From IMG/VR virus record IMGVR_UViG_3300032093_000098: a stretch of 64,000 nt of DNA, one strand, 5' to 3'. Source of the DNA: an uncultured virus (IMG/VR IMGVR_UViG_3300032093_000098) (taxonomy: Duplodnaviria > Heunggongvirae > Uroviricota > Caudoviricetes). The position numbers and the translations under genes are program-made. Shown piece by piece: positions 1-8,476 of this stretch (its first letter is position 1; each line of letters opens with the position of its first letter). A model generated the notes under the pieces. That model did no database searches. It was not told where the DNA came from and saw only the letters and a program-made list of their open reading frames with translations.

Positions 1-132
1 GTGCGCTAATTTAATCACGATCTGCGTCCATCAATCGGCTTTTGTCGTATTTAATTTATTCATTTTCTATATGTCAATTTTTTGTATGTCTTTACAAAAT
101 ACCACTGTGTTGATAATCTTTATTGAATTTAT

Positions 133-585
133 TTAGTGCTTGCTAAATCCAAAATACTTGTCTAAAAACTTCATAAACGCCATTGAGCAATATTCGTTTT
201 CGTAAATGTACTTTAGATAAGGAATTGGAATGTACCGAATTTTTCTTTCAGCGTATCTGCCAAATGGCATTATTGAATCTAACGTCATGTTTTCAACTTC
301 CTTTTTTCTTTCCTCGTTTTGACGTTTTCTTTCCTCGATTAGAATATCCATTATATCAAAAGAGTTATTGCCAAAATATAGCGTCAAAAACTCTTTGGTG
401 TCGGTTATTACTCCTCGCTCATTACTTGCAATTACGTGGTACTTTTTACTGTTTATGAAAACATCAATTTTTAGTGATTGCTTCCAAAGACGAAAATGAG
501 AAAATTGAATTTTGCGAACTTTGAAATTTAATTCATCCGCTAACTTGTAAATTTCATCCAAAAATTCATTTGATTGAGTTTTCAT
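133..585 (-). CDS. Hypothetical protein with C-terminal DUF3820/QSregVF_b-like domain
   Basis: C-terminal MPFGRYAERKIRYIPIPYLKYI resembles the MPFGKY..hP..YL.W motif of this small domain family. Confidence 0.55.
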   Translation of the reverse strand: MKTQSNEFLDEIYKLADELNFKVRKIQFSHFRLWKQSLKIDVFINSKKYHVIASNERGVITDTKEFLTLYFGNNSFDIMDILIEERKRQNEERKKEVENMTLDSIMPFGRYAERKIRYIPIPYLKYIYENEYCSMAFMKFLDKYFGFSKH

Positions 586-639
586 TTTTTTTTTTTGATT
601 TTTAGATTTAATTTATTTAGTATTTTATTGTTATTATTC

Positions 640-990
640 AGAGGGATTAGATTCGGATGGGAAAGAAGTGTCAGCCCCGCTAATTTCTTAACTGGTTGCC
701 ACCTCTCCTGAAAAAACGTCATTATTCGTCGGTCATGAGTTCATCAGGTCAGCCATTTTGAAACATGGTCGTCAAATGGCGTGGAAGTCTTTAAGTTTGA
801 TCCACAAACTCGTCGGCCTACGTCACTTTCCTTAGTGTCAACGTTGATAGTATTACCGACCGCCCTCATTCCGTGTCTACCTATGTGTGTTTGGCCACGT
901 CGTGTTTAGCCCCCAATCCAAACACACTTTATTTGTTATCTCGAAAATCATCCGTGTTCTAAGTGCTCAGAGAAAGCGCGGAAATTTTAC
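640..990 (-). ncRNA. Candidate structured non-coding RNA or long leader
   Basis: No ORF >=60 aa; hairpins at 751-780, 794-810 and 884-927; lies downstream of the promoter at ~1156-1190. Confidence 0.35.
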
Positions 991-994
991 CCAA

Positions 995-1096
995 CAAAAA
1001 AGCCAGTAGGTAGGATCTACTGGCTTAATTGTATCGTTTCGGAGAAGTATTTTAACTCTCCTCCACTTGTTTACCGATCCTACCGATTAACAAGTG
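995..1096 (-). promoter_or_regulatory. Leader with terminator hairpin and upstream hairpin whose loops are complementary (copy 1)
   Basis: AAGCCAGTAG-GTAGGAT-CTACTGGCTT (1000-1026) with U-tract on the minus strand; CACTTGTT..AACAAGTG (1064-1096); GGTAGGATC (1009-1017) is the reverse complement of GATCCTACC (1076-1084). Confidence 0.65.
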
Positions 1097-1155
1097 ATGG
1101 CTTAGAAGCCAAACGAAGGTACATTACAAAACACACCTTCCGTTGAAGGATCGGC

Positions 1156-1188
1156 ACAAAACTAAAACATTTTCTTTTCCGATGCAAG
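1156..1188 (-). promoter_or_regulatory. Bacteroidota-type housekeeping sigma promoter
   Basis: Minus strand reads TTGCAT...TAGTTTTG (TAnnTTTG -7 box). Confidence 0.6.
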
Positions 1189-1285
1189 TTTTTGTGAAAA
1201 TATTTTGTTAAAAACCAAACGGCCACTCCTTTCCCTCTTTCTTTCGGGTATTGATTCCTTTCCTCAAAAAAGTTTCCGTAGTTTT

Positions 1286-1594
1286 TTAGTCTCTGTTCAT
1301 TCTTTCCTGCAACTCTTTTCTGATCTGTTCAACTCCGTCAATATCGTCCTCCTGATCTATGAAATTAAGCCCGAACAACTCAATCTCTGCATCATAACGC
1401 GAGGACTTGTAAGGCTCACTTTCTGAATCAACTTTTTCATTCCATTCATCATAGCCGGAAATTCGGATGTCGCAGTACAGTTCGTATCCGTCAAAGAATT
1501 TGTGAATGGTAAAAGTTTCATTCCCGTTGACAGATTGCAGGTATTTTTCGATAAACTGCCAACATTTGTTTGTTAGTTCTTGTGTGGTCATCAT
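1286..1594 (-). CDS. Hypothetical acidic phage protein
   Basis: Open frame with ATGA overlap to the upstream gene. Confidence 0.6.
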   Translation of the reverse strand: MMTTQELTNKCWQFIEKYLQSVNGNETFTIHKFFDGYELYCDIRISGYDEWNEKVDSESEPYKSSRYDAEIELFGLNFIDQEDDIDGVEQIRKELQERMNRD

Positions 1595-1890
1595 ACAAAA
1601 TTTACTTGTTCTTTTTTTAGGTTAGCCAGCACCGTTTCTTCGACGGTTATGATAATTTGTGCAATTCTTTCGTTTGCTCTTTGCCTCAACTCATCCGTGT
1701 CCAATAATTCATACTCCATTTCTTTTTCAATCTGTTTCATGTCTGCTTCCGCTTCATCCTTCGTTTCGCCATTTACTGAGCGCATGAGAGTGAAATTCCA
1801 TTCGGTGTTATCGACAAATGGAAATACTAACGTGATCGTGCCCTTGAAGAATTCCGTCTTCTTATAAGGCGTTTTTTGTATTCGTATCAT
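1591..1890 (-). CDS. Hypothetical protein
   Basis: Likely start MIRIQK at 1890; operon packing. Confidence 0.55.
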   Translation of the reverse strand: MIRIQKTPYKKTEFFKGTITLVFPFVDNTEWNFTLMRSVNGETKDEAEADMKQIEKEMEYELLDTDELRQRANERIAQIIITVEETVLANLKKEQVNFV

Positions 1891-1921
1891 CTTGATTAGC
1901 TTGTTTGTTTTCTGTTTGTTA

Positions 1922-2359
1922 TTAGTCAAAAATTGACACTTGTTCGTTTGGCTCTGGGATGTAGATATCAAGTACTTCTGCTGCGAACCTCTTGACGTCC
2001 TCGAGATAGTCCATGAATTCAGATGTAGAGAGGGAGCTTGTTTTTCTTGGGATCTTTATTATCTCGCCTGTTTTTTCGTCCTGCAATTCAGTGAACAGAA
2101 ATCTTGACTTAAGAAATTCGTGTGCGGTGTCTTTGTCTGTTTCGTGGCCGAGCTCCTTCAGTCTTTCGCACACCATGTGCAGGACGACTCCGAAATAATA
2201 AGCGTTTTGAAACACTGACCGGTATTTTCTTTTCCTTTTCACTTCGACCTCTACGTCTCTATCTTTCTCTCCGGCAAGGCTCTTCATATGATCGTCGAAA
2301 AGTTTCCTGTTCTTGATCTTTAACGATCCGTCTGGCTTTATTGATGCGTTGAATTTCAT
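1922..2359 (-). CDS. NinB/Orf-like (DUF1367-like) recombination protein
   Basis: RSVFQNAYYFG and TSSLSTSEFMDYLEDV motifs; likely start MKFNAS at 2359. Confidence 0.7.
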   Translation of the reverse strand: MKFNASIKPDGSLKIKNRKLFDDHMKSLAGEKDRDVEVEVKRKRKYRSVFQNAYYFGVVLHMVCERLKELGHETDKDTAHEFLKSRFLFTELQDEKTGEIIKIPRKTSSLSTSEFMDYLEDVKRFAAEVLDIYIPEPNEQVSIFD

Positions 2360-2607
2360 CACTTGGTCCTCCATATTCTGAATCCACCCTCGCAAAAGCG
2401 AGAGGAGAACTTTTTCCCATTGTTTTTTCCATGGTGAATCGCCAGGCACATTGCGTTGGCTCTTGTCGTTACAACACGATCTTTCGGAACAGCCACGAAA
2501 AACGATTCTCCGACCGCCATTTCGTCAAACGGGTATTTCAGCTTGTATTTCCGATTTGCTTTTCCGATCGGTACGTCTTTTTCTATTTTCACTTTCTTTG
2601 ATGTCAT
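2359..2607 (-). CDS. Small conserved phage protein, putative DNA-binding
   Basis: KYPFDEMAVGESFFV...GFRIWR pattern; basic. Confidence 0.6.
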   Translation of the reverse strand: MTSKKVKIEKDVPIGKANRKYKLKYPFDEMAVGESFFVAVPKDRVVTTRANAMCLAIHHGKNNGKKFSSRFCEGGFRIWRTK

Positions 2608-2625
2608 GATACTGGTTTTTTGTTA

Positions 2626-3627
2626 TTATTCTGAATCTTCCTCTACGGTGACGCCTACCTTTTTTGCCGCGCTTACGATCTCCTCGAAATTGTATCCGGC
2701 TTTTTCTATTTCAGCTCTCACTTCTTCGTTTTTCTTGGTTATGTTTTCTCCGTTGGCATATCGAGCAACAACCCTTGACCACTTGCTCACCTGAGACTTA
2801 ACTGAGTCTGAGTAATCTCTCGGCTGCTCAAATCCGTAAAGCAGGGTGAGGTAGTTGGAGTACTCTATCCCGAAATTCTTTTTAAACCTTCCGTCCTCGA
2901 GCATTATGAGAGGCTCAAGGGGAGGCTGTATCCCCGTCTCGTAGTAGCGGGTCATTACCCTCAGATCCTGCGTGTATTCAGCCTCGAGCTCTGCCGTTGG
3001 GCTAAACTCAAATCCCTGCATTCTAAGATCATCCTTGCAGATGTACACGATTTCCCCCGGGACAGACAGCCCCTTCATGTAGTGGAAAAGCTGCATCCGG
3101 TGGTGTTTTATTGGCTTTTCAGTCTTCTCCATAGCGTCCATCACGAACGATGAACAGGACTTGATTTCGAGAACCTTTGTTCTCAGTTTGACGTCTCCGT
3201 ACTTCTCGTAAAGCTTTTCGGCGATGTACAGAGACGCCGCTTGTATTGATGGCGGCAGGTAGCTTGATGAGATGTCGTGCTTGGCTCTCTCTATATCGAT
3301 GCTGCCACCGGCAAGGAAGTCGAGCCTGCCCGAGCATTTGATCAGACCCGGGTACTCATTGACTATCCTCTCTTGGGTGTTTTGGATCAGCCCCGCCCTT
3401 TCGAGCACGAATCTGACCACCCACTCTACGAGATTACCTGCCTCAAATTTCCTGAGGCTTCTCATGTTGGGTGGATTTGTTGGCGCGACAGCCTTCATCT
3501 TCAGATACCGGTCTACGAACGGTAACCCGATTTCAGATGCATAGCAGTAATCTCTTGGCTCAAGAGTTTTGTTTGGCGAGTATACGCACTCGTTCCAAAG
3601 GTGTGTAAAATTCCAAGGTGTATTCAT
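2626..3627 (-). CDS. PD-(D/E)XK nuclease (Cas4/YqaJ-like exonuclease)
   Basis: ASEIG, SGRLDFL, LEIKS and QLFHYM motifs in the expected order. Confidence 0.7.
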   Translation of the reverse strand: MNTPWNFTHLWNECVYSPNKTLEPRDYCYASEIGLPFVDRYLKMKAVAPTNPPNMRSLRKFEAGNLVEWVVRFVLERAGLIQNTQERIVNEYPGLIKCSGRLDFLAGGSIDIERAKHDISSSYLPPSIQAASLYIAEKLYEKYGDVKLRTKVLEIKSCSSFVMDAMEKTEKPIKHHRMQLFHYMKGLSVPGEIVYICKDDLRMQGFEFSPTAELEAEYTQDLRVMTRYYETGIQPPLEPLIMLEDGRFKKNFGIEYSNYLTLLYGFEQPRDYSDSVKSQVSKWSRVVARYANGENITKKNEEVRAEIEKAGYNFEEIVSAAKKVGVTVEEDSE

Positions 3628-3839
3628 TTTCGTTGAATGTTAAAAAATGTTTGTTTGATTTCGTTTGGCATCCCCTTCACAAGTTTTCCGGACGGCACGT
3701 ATCCACTTCCTGCCATCCCTATGAACTTCACGGATTTGCCGATTATTGCATAAATCTCTCGTGAGTATTTCACAATTTCGTACCCGTCTTTAGTTTTGTA
3801 GATTCTTGTGTTGGAATTAGTATTTTTTGTGGAATTCAT
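3624..3839 (-). CDS. Hypothetical protein
   Basis: ORF with 4-nt overlap to the next gene. Confidence 0.55.
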   Translation of the reverse strand: MNSTKNTNSNTRIYKTKDGYEIVKYSREIYAIIGKSVKFIGMAGSGYVPSGKLVKGMPNEIKQTFFNIQRK

Positions 3840-3861
3840 TGTCCCGCATATTAATTAGATG

Positions 3862-4161
3862 CTAATTAGCACCTGTTAGCAGCTCTGATATGGCTTCTTC
3901 GAGGTCTTTTTCTTCGTTGTCGGTCAGTAGCTTCTTGAATAGCCATGAGCCAACGAGCCACGCTCTGTTGTCGGCGTTCCAGACATTGCCGCACACGTTA
4001 CATTCCCTCAGCGGGCGGTTTGTTTTTAATCCTACATCCAGCAAGGACATGCACCCGCAGGGCGACGACACGACGTCCCTTACCGTGTATATCTTACCCT
4101 TAATCACGACTCCCTGGGAGTGTGTTTGTATGCAAATTACTTCGTCTCCTGGTTTAAACAT
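3862..4161 (-). CDS. Hypothetical protein, possible Zn-binding
   Basis: FKPGDEVICI N-terminus; CxC and CxxC motifs. Confidence 0.6.
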   Translation of the reverse strand: MFKPGDEVICIQTHSQGVVIKGKIYTVRDVVSSPCGCMSLLDVGLKTNRPLRECNVCGNVWNADNRAWLVGSWLFKKLLTDNEEKDLEEAISELLTGAN

Positions 4162-4357
4162 TTGAATCTGTTATTAAGTTGAGAATTGATTGGTACAGGT
4201 CAAGATCCTGCTCGAGCGCCTCTACGAAATCGACCTCAAAACACTTATCGATTAGTGCCTCGCTCGTTTCGATTCGACCCTTCGTGTCGGCTATGTCTTT
4301 TGACAGCCACATGATCTTTCTTTGAATGTTTTTTATTACTAATTGCTTTTCCATCAT
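4154..4357 (-). CDS. Hypothetical coiled-coil protein
   Basis: ORF with operon packing. Confidence 0.5.
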   Translation of the reverse strand: MMEKQLVIKNIQRKIMWLSKDIADTKGRIETSEALIDKCFEVDFVEALEQDLDLYQSILNLITDSNV

Positions 4358-4361
4358 GTGA

Positions 4362-4598
4362 TTAGTTTTGAATAAATTCGATTGAGTATTCCCGTCCGGC
4401 TGACGTTAAGTCTTCTTCAAATTCGCCTTTATCGAAGTAGGTTATCGATCCGAGGATTTCTCCCCCGATGTCTGAAAGGGTTACAAAGTAGTAGCCGTCC
4501 TTCCTATCATCTCTTCCTGTCCAGAAAATGTGCTGAATTTCTACAGGCAGGTTATCACATAGCCTCCTGAATTCTTGGTTGTGGTATGCTGTTTTCAT
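4362..4598 (-). CDS. Hypothetical protein
   Basis: Start MKTAYH just downstream of a promoter. Confidence 0.55.
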   Translation of the reverse strand: MKTAYHNQEFRRLCDNLPVEIQHIFWTGRDDRKDGYYFVTLSDIGGEILGSITYFDKGEFEEDLTSAGREYSIEFIQN

Positions 4599-4610
4599 AG
4601 TTTGTTTTTG

Positions 4611-4640
4611 CAAATGTATTAATTACTGAAATAATGTCAA
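4611..4640 (-). promoter_or_regulatory. Bacteroidota-type promoter
   Basis: Minus strand TTGACA...TACATTTG. Confidence 0.7.
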
Positions 4641-4675
4641 TATTGATTTGCATGCGGCTTGGATGTCGATGTATG

Positions 4676-4837
4676 TCATTTGGCTAATCGTTTAAGATCA
4701 ACATTAAACTGCCGGATTGCATTCTCCCTGAGTTGGTCAGAGATACGATTCTCAAGTGACTGACTTCTGATGTAGCAGCACCATTCGTTGAATGATGTCA
4801 TGGGCTTGTCAGGCTGTGCGGTGTGGTGGATGTTCAT
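4676..4837 (-). CDS. Small hypothetical protein (53 aa, not in ORF track)
   Basis: MNIHHTAQPDKPMTSFNEWCCYIR...; ATGA overlap with 4834..5142. Confidence 0.45.
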   Translation of the reverse strand: MNIHHTAQPDKPMTSFNEWCCYIRSQSLENRISDQLRENAIRQFNVDLKRLAK

Positions 4838-5142
4838 GATTCTATAAGATGAAATGTTAAGTGATCCACGTCCTGACTGAAGTCATGCGAGTACATATCG
4901 CGGTACATTTTGAACAGCCCTGACTTCAGGACTGCGATCTGTCCTCTGAGTTGTGACATACGGAGTTCATCCTTCAGCCGTGCGCCGATGTTACCGTACC
5001 ACATCACGTTGTTTGGATCGGTGTAGTTTTTCTGAAATGCGATCAAGTTGTTAAGGTGTTCGATTCTGTGGCGCAACCTGTTGAGAATCGCGATCTGTTT
5101 TTCATGCGCTTCGATGGCGCGGGAGATGTCTGTCTGTGTCAT
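4834..5142 (-). CDS. Hypothetical protein
   Basis: ORF with AT-rich leader. Confidence 0.55.
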   Translation of the reverse strand: MTQTDISRAIEAHEKQIAILNRLRHRIEHLNNLIAFQKNYTDPNNVMWYGNIGARLKDELRMSQLRGQIAVLKSGLFKMYRDMYSHDFSQDVDHLTFHLIES

Positions 5143-5205
5143 GTGTATAGTTTTTAACCGCCAAACCCCGCCGTTGTTTCAGGGCGGGGCTGGTGGAGGT
5201 GAGTA

Positions 5206-5661
5206 TTATTGGTTGCCTACTACTTTTGCCGCCGCCAATTTTGCGTACTGTCTTTTTTGCGTTTCTGTGCCGGCGATTTGCGGCTGAGGCAATTCGATCT
5301 CTCTTTGGTTGTCGATGTCGTAGATCGCTTTCTGCCCATTCATGATCCCGAACTCAGCGGCATCAACAAGGCTGTCGAATCTGACCGACAAGTCAAGATA
5401 TAGACATCCATTGTTCCACCATCCTCCGATCGATACGTTTTCACGTTCAGCCATCAGCCCTTTCTCTGCCACGAAGTCGATAACATATGCCGCGACCGAT
5501 CTCTCGAGCACCTCTTGTGTCATTTTGTGGTCACCGTAGAAGACCTTGCGCTCGTGTCCGGCCATCGAGGCCATGATGCCGGAGGTGATTTCTCCCTGAG
5601 TCAGGGAGTAGGAAGCCCCGCTGCCCGCAGCAAGGGTTCTTGAGAATTGCTTTAAATTCAT
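5206..5661 (-). CDS. Early protein, possibly SAM-lyase-fold; homologous to a module of the 2593-aa virion protein
   Basis: IGGWW..LYLDLS..AAEFG..NGQKAIYD; aligns by eye with the region encoded at 50820-51170. Confidence 0.55.
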   Translation of the reverse strand: MNLKQFSRTLAAGSGASYSLTQGEITSGIMASMAGHERKVFYGDHKMTQEVLERSVAAYVIDFVAEKGLMAERENVSIGGWWNNGCLYLDLSVRFDSLVDAAEFGIMNGQKAIYDIDNQREIELPQPQIAGTETQKRQYAKLAAAKVVGNQ

Positions 5662-5678
5662 CTTGTGTGTTGTTTGTG

Positions 5679-5709
5679 CAAATATATGCGGTTAATATTA
5701 CTATGCAAA
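5679..5709 (-). promoter_or_regulatory. Bacteroidota-type promoter
   Basis: Minus strand TTTGCAT...TATATTTG. Confidence 0.65.
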
Positions 5710-5716
5710 CTTTTTT

Positions 5717-5872
5717 TTAATTATTTCCGTAAATGCTTGCCTCTTCTTCGATGCTCATTACGGTCACTCCTGATCTGTTCAGGGTGTATATCAGGGCGCT
5801 AAGTTCTTCCGTGCTGATGTTGATGTCAACACTGAGCGTCACCCTTACTTCTTGTTCAATTGGTGTTGCCAT
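5717..5872 (-). CDS. Small hypothetical protein (51 aa, not in ORF track)
   Basis: MATPIEQEVRVTLSVDINIS...; fills the gap between genes. Confidence 0.45.
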   Translation of the reverse strand: MATPIEQEVRVTLSVDINISTEELSALIYTLNRSGVTVMSIEEEASIYGNN

Positions 5873-5876
5873 TTTT

Positions 5877-6098
5877 TTATTTGTTTGAGTTAAAAAATGC
5901 TTTTACTTTATCCGTGTACGTTATCTCTTTGAACGGATCACCTTCAAGGTCGAATCCGTAAAGATGCATGACGTTGCAAATGTCTGCATCGGTTCTTTCC
6001 GTGTGCATTACTGCTTGCTTTGCGGCTATGTAATTTATGTGGCTGAAAATACTGAGCGCTATCCATGCGGTCAGAATAATTGTGAAAATTGCTTTCAT
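5877..6098 (-). CDS. Small membrane-anchored protein
   Basis: Likely start MKAIFTIILTAWIALSIF; hydrophobic N-terminus. Confidence 0.5.
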   Translation of the reverse strand: MKAIFTIILTAWIALSIFSHINYIAAKQAVMHTERTDADICNVMHLYGFDLEGDPFKEITYTDKVKAFFNSNK

Positions 6099-6118
6099 GT
6101 TGTTGTTGATTAGTTGTT

Positions 6119-6397
6119 TTATTGGGCGCATAAACCCCAAGTTTCAATTGACTTTACGTTTGATCGAGTGACGCCTAGTTCGCGGCAAATGAAGCGAGCT
6201 ATCGCCTTCTTATTGCTTTGTAGGGTCATGTCGCAGGGGTACTTTACGCCCGCCCCCTGAATGAGGTCTGCGGGACTCATCCCTAGTACGCGAGCGCAGA
6301 ACTTGACGTCCTGTCCAAGGTAGAAGTTTCTGCCGTAGGCATTGAGTGTCCAATCGTGTGAGAAGCCGTAGCCTCCTGTCGTTACTGAAATTGTCAT
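6119..6397 (-). CDS. Hypothetical early protein
   Basis: Likely start MTISVTTGG after an AT-rich leader. Confidence 0.55.
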   Translation of the reverse strand: MTISVTTGGYGFSHDWTLNAYGRNFYLGQDVKFCARVLGMSPADLIQGAGVKYPCDMTLQSNKKAIARFICRELGVTRSNVKSIETWGLCAQ

Positions 6398-6488
6398 TGT
6401 ATTAAGATTTAAATTGTTTCTAAAGTAAAGGGAGGTCAACCGTTGCCGACCCTCCCTTCGTTGCATTTCAAGCCCTGCTATGCAGGAG

Positions 6489-6530
6489 AACAGGAGCGGG
6501 AATCGAACCCGCCTTGCTCCAAGTCCTGTT
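6489..6530 (-). ncRNA. tRNA-like minihelix (acceptor-like stem plus T-arm)
   Basis: Minus strand AACAGGA-cttggagcaag-GCGGG TTCGATT CCCGC-TCCTGTT. Confidence 0.55.
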
Positions 6531-6924
6531 ATTTTACTTCGTCGGCGTAGTCCTCGTACTCAAGGAAGTACGCCTCGTCGAATTGATACCTCTCACCCTC
6601 GAAGTTGTCATTGTACACCAATGAATCGATTACGGTGATTGATGGGTAGTTGACCTGCCTGTGTCGGTATGGTATGCACTCCTGTGTAAGCAGAGCGCAT
6701 AGCATTCTACCCATCAACTCAGCCCACCTGCCATCCTGATACTCGGATGAGTGTGCGACCCGCACCACGGCTGTAGGCTCGACGTTTGACTCGTACTCGC
6801 CATTGCGGAGTTGAACCTGCACTGACTCGTTGGTGCTTCCGAATGCGTTGTTAATGAAACGAGCGAGATGCTCGTAGTTGAATGGGTTATTGTTTAATCC
6901 GATGTTGAAAGTTGTGTACTTCAT
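6529..6924 (-). CDS. Putative S-adenosylmethionine lyase (T3 SAMase-like)
   Basis: GEYESNVEPTAVVRV...MLCALLTQECI parallels T3 SAMase GCY..EEKTVRVR...LACNEWEQDCV; size and early location fit. Confidence 0.6.
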   Translation of the reverse strand: MKYTTFNIGLNNNPFNYEHLARFINNAFGSTNESVQVQLRNGEYESNVEPTAVVRVAHSSEYQDGRWAELMGRMLCALLTQECIPYRHRQVNYPSITVIDSLVYNDNFEGERYQFDEAYFLEYEDYADEVK

Positions 6925-6936
6925 TGGTTTATTGAA

Positions 6937-7140
6937 TTACTTGTTAAAGAACATTGTGTTGAATGCTGATTTGATGCGCTCTTCTTGTTGGAAGTAGTCC
7001 TCATCAACTTGATGAAAGCCCTTGCGCTTCATGACCGCGAGGAAGTTGGCCTCGTGCCTGTCATCGTTGATTGTCACTTCCATGGGGAAGGAATAGCCGC
7101 CTGTCTTGCGGAAATAAAACGATTTTACTTTGTGTGTCAT
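6937..7140 (-). CDS. Hypothetical early protein
   Basis: Likely start MTHKVKSF at 7140; the upstream ORF extension overlaps structured RNA. Confidence 0.5.
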   Translation of the reverse strand: MTHKVKSFYFRKTGGYSFPMEVTINDDRHEANFLAVMKRKGFHQVDEDYFQQEERIKSAFNTMFFNK

Positions 7141-7154
7141 TTTATTAAGTTTTA

Positions 7155-7231
7155 GCGCAGCAGAGGGACTCGAACCCTCGCCGATGCCATTATCCTCGGA
7201 TATATGGCATTGGATCACCTTGATTTGCTGC
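7155..7231 (-). ncRNA. tRNA-like element with non-canonical anticodon arm
   Basis: GCAGCA/TGCTGC acceptor stem, ATC-AAGGT-GAT D-like arm, long ATGCCAT..ATGGCAT arm, GAGGG TTCGAGT CCCTC T-arm; no encoded CCA. Confidence 0.55.
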
Positions 7232-7622
7232 TGGCTTTTGTTGTTGTTATAATTGTCATTTGCGGCACATTTGCCTTTGCGAGCAGTCACGTTGTTAGTG
7301 TTAACTGCTCCCCACATTACTGCGGGATTTATATTGCGCTGTTGCGCTTTTTTACAGGCCATTGCGGTACTCTGCTTTTTACTCCCGTGCTATTTACACG
7401 GCTCAGGTAAGTTTTGCCTGTAACTCCTAAACTCGTTACTGACTGGCTGCCGAATGTTGTCGGCTATTTGCGGGCTTACTCCCGTCGCGTCGTTGCCTTC
7501 GCGCTCACCCTTTTTTCTGATCAGGAAAGGGAATCAAAACCTGTTGCTGTCTTTCAATTCTGACCGATATCCCATCGGGCATACTTGTGGGTGACTTGAG
7601 CACTCCATTGTTCCGTTGAACG
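7232..7622 (-). ncRNA. Candidate long structured RNA or leader of the first early transcript
   Basis: Many hairpins (CCGTG-taaatag-CACGG, CCCGCA-gtaa-TGTGGG, GAGCAGTTA..TGACTGCTC, GTAAC..GTTAC) between the promoter and the tRNA-like element. Confidence 0.4.
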
Positions 7623-7625
7623 GGG

Positions 7626-7659
7626 CAAAGATATGTATGAATGAAAGTATTAATGCAAA
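7626..7659 (-). promoter_or_regulatory. Bacteroidota-type early promoter
   Basis: Minus strand TTTGCAT...TATCTTTG. Confidence 0.65.
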
Positions 7660-8476
7660 TATGAATGAGGCTCTGAACATATAGTAAAACCAAGGTGTTC
7701 AGGACGTGGCTTTCTTGAAACCCGCGCCACACAAGGGCAAAACCACATTGCAAATTTTTTTTCAATTATTTTCATTTTCTGAGGAATGACGGGGCTTTCA
7801 GAGCGAAAAAAAAATCAAAAAAAGTTTGTTATTCCTTGGAATCCGCATAAACATTGACTATATTTGTCTCCGTTCTCATGAAAGCCTTGTCGGCAAAGGG
7901 ATACAGCCGACGCGGGGTATCAGAAAAAATGGCCATTTGACTCTCATTGCTGCCTGACAATTGTAGTTGAAACAGGAGTCAAAAACAGGCCAAAAACGCG
8001 ATGATTAACACACGATCTCTCAGTCACCTGATTAGCATATCATCCAGTCAGTTCAAGTGGTTTAAACGCAGCCTACGGCCATTCGCGGGCAATCAATCAC
8101 ACAATTGTCCTCCCAATACTCATACAAACAAGAGTTAACGAATAAAACCCTCACGCACGCACGCACATTGGCCTGCTCCCCTCTCTTGTTGCCCTAACAA
8201 AAAAATCCCAAACCCCAGTCCTGATGCGGGTTTCCTGAGTTTTTGACCGCTTTACGGCGCTCTCCATGATCTGCGGCAGCCATGCTTTTTCCCCTCCAAA
8301 ACCGAACATAATTTGGATTCCTAACGTAAATCGCATCAATTGTAACTGATTGATTCTCAATAAAAGCATGACAGATTCTCCCGAGCGGAGACCATTTTAT
8401 GGTTGGATTCCTGTTTGAGCATGATTTGCGTGCCTGTTGCCGAAGTGATGCCCGCCCGAGCCTCCAAGAACCTGAC

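Noticed and set aside
720..755. Hammerhead ribozyme (minus strand CTGATGA...GAA)
   Set aside because: No stem II between the core motifs and no GAAA/UH arrangement
7155..7300. tmRNA (ANDNY-like codons upstream of a T-arm)
   Set aside because: The tag-like frame has no ALAA-stop ending, lies only ~100 nt from the T-arm, and the acceptor stem lacks the Ala G3-U70 identity and CCA
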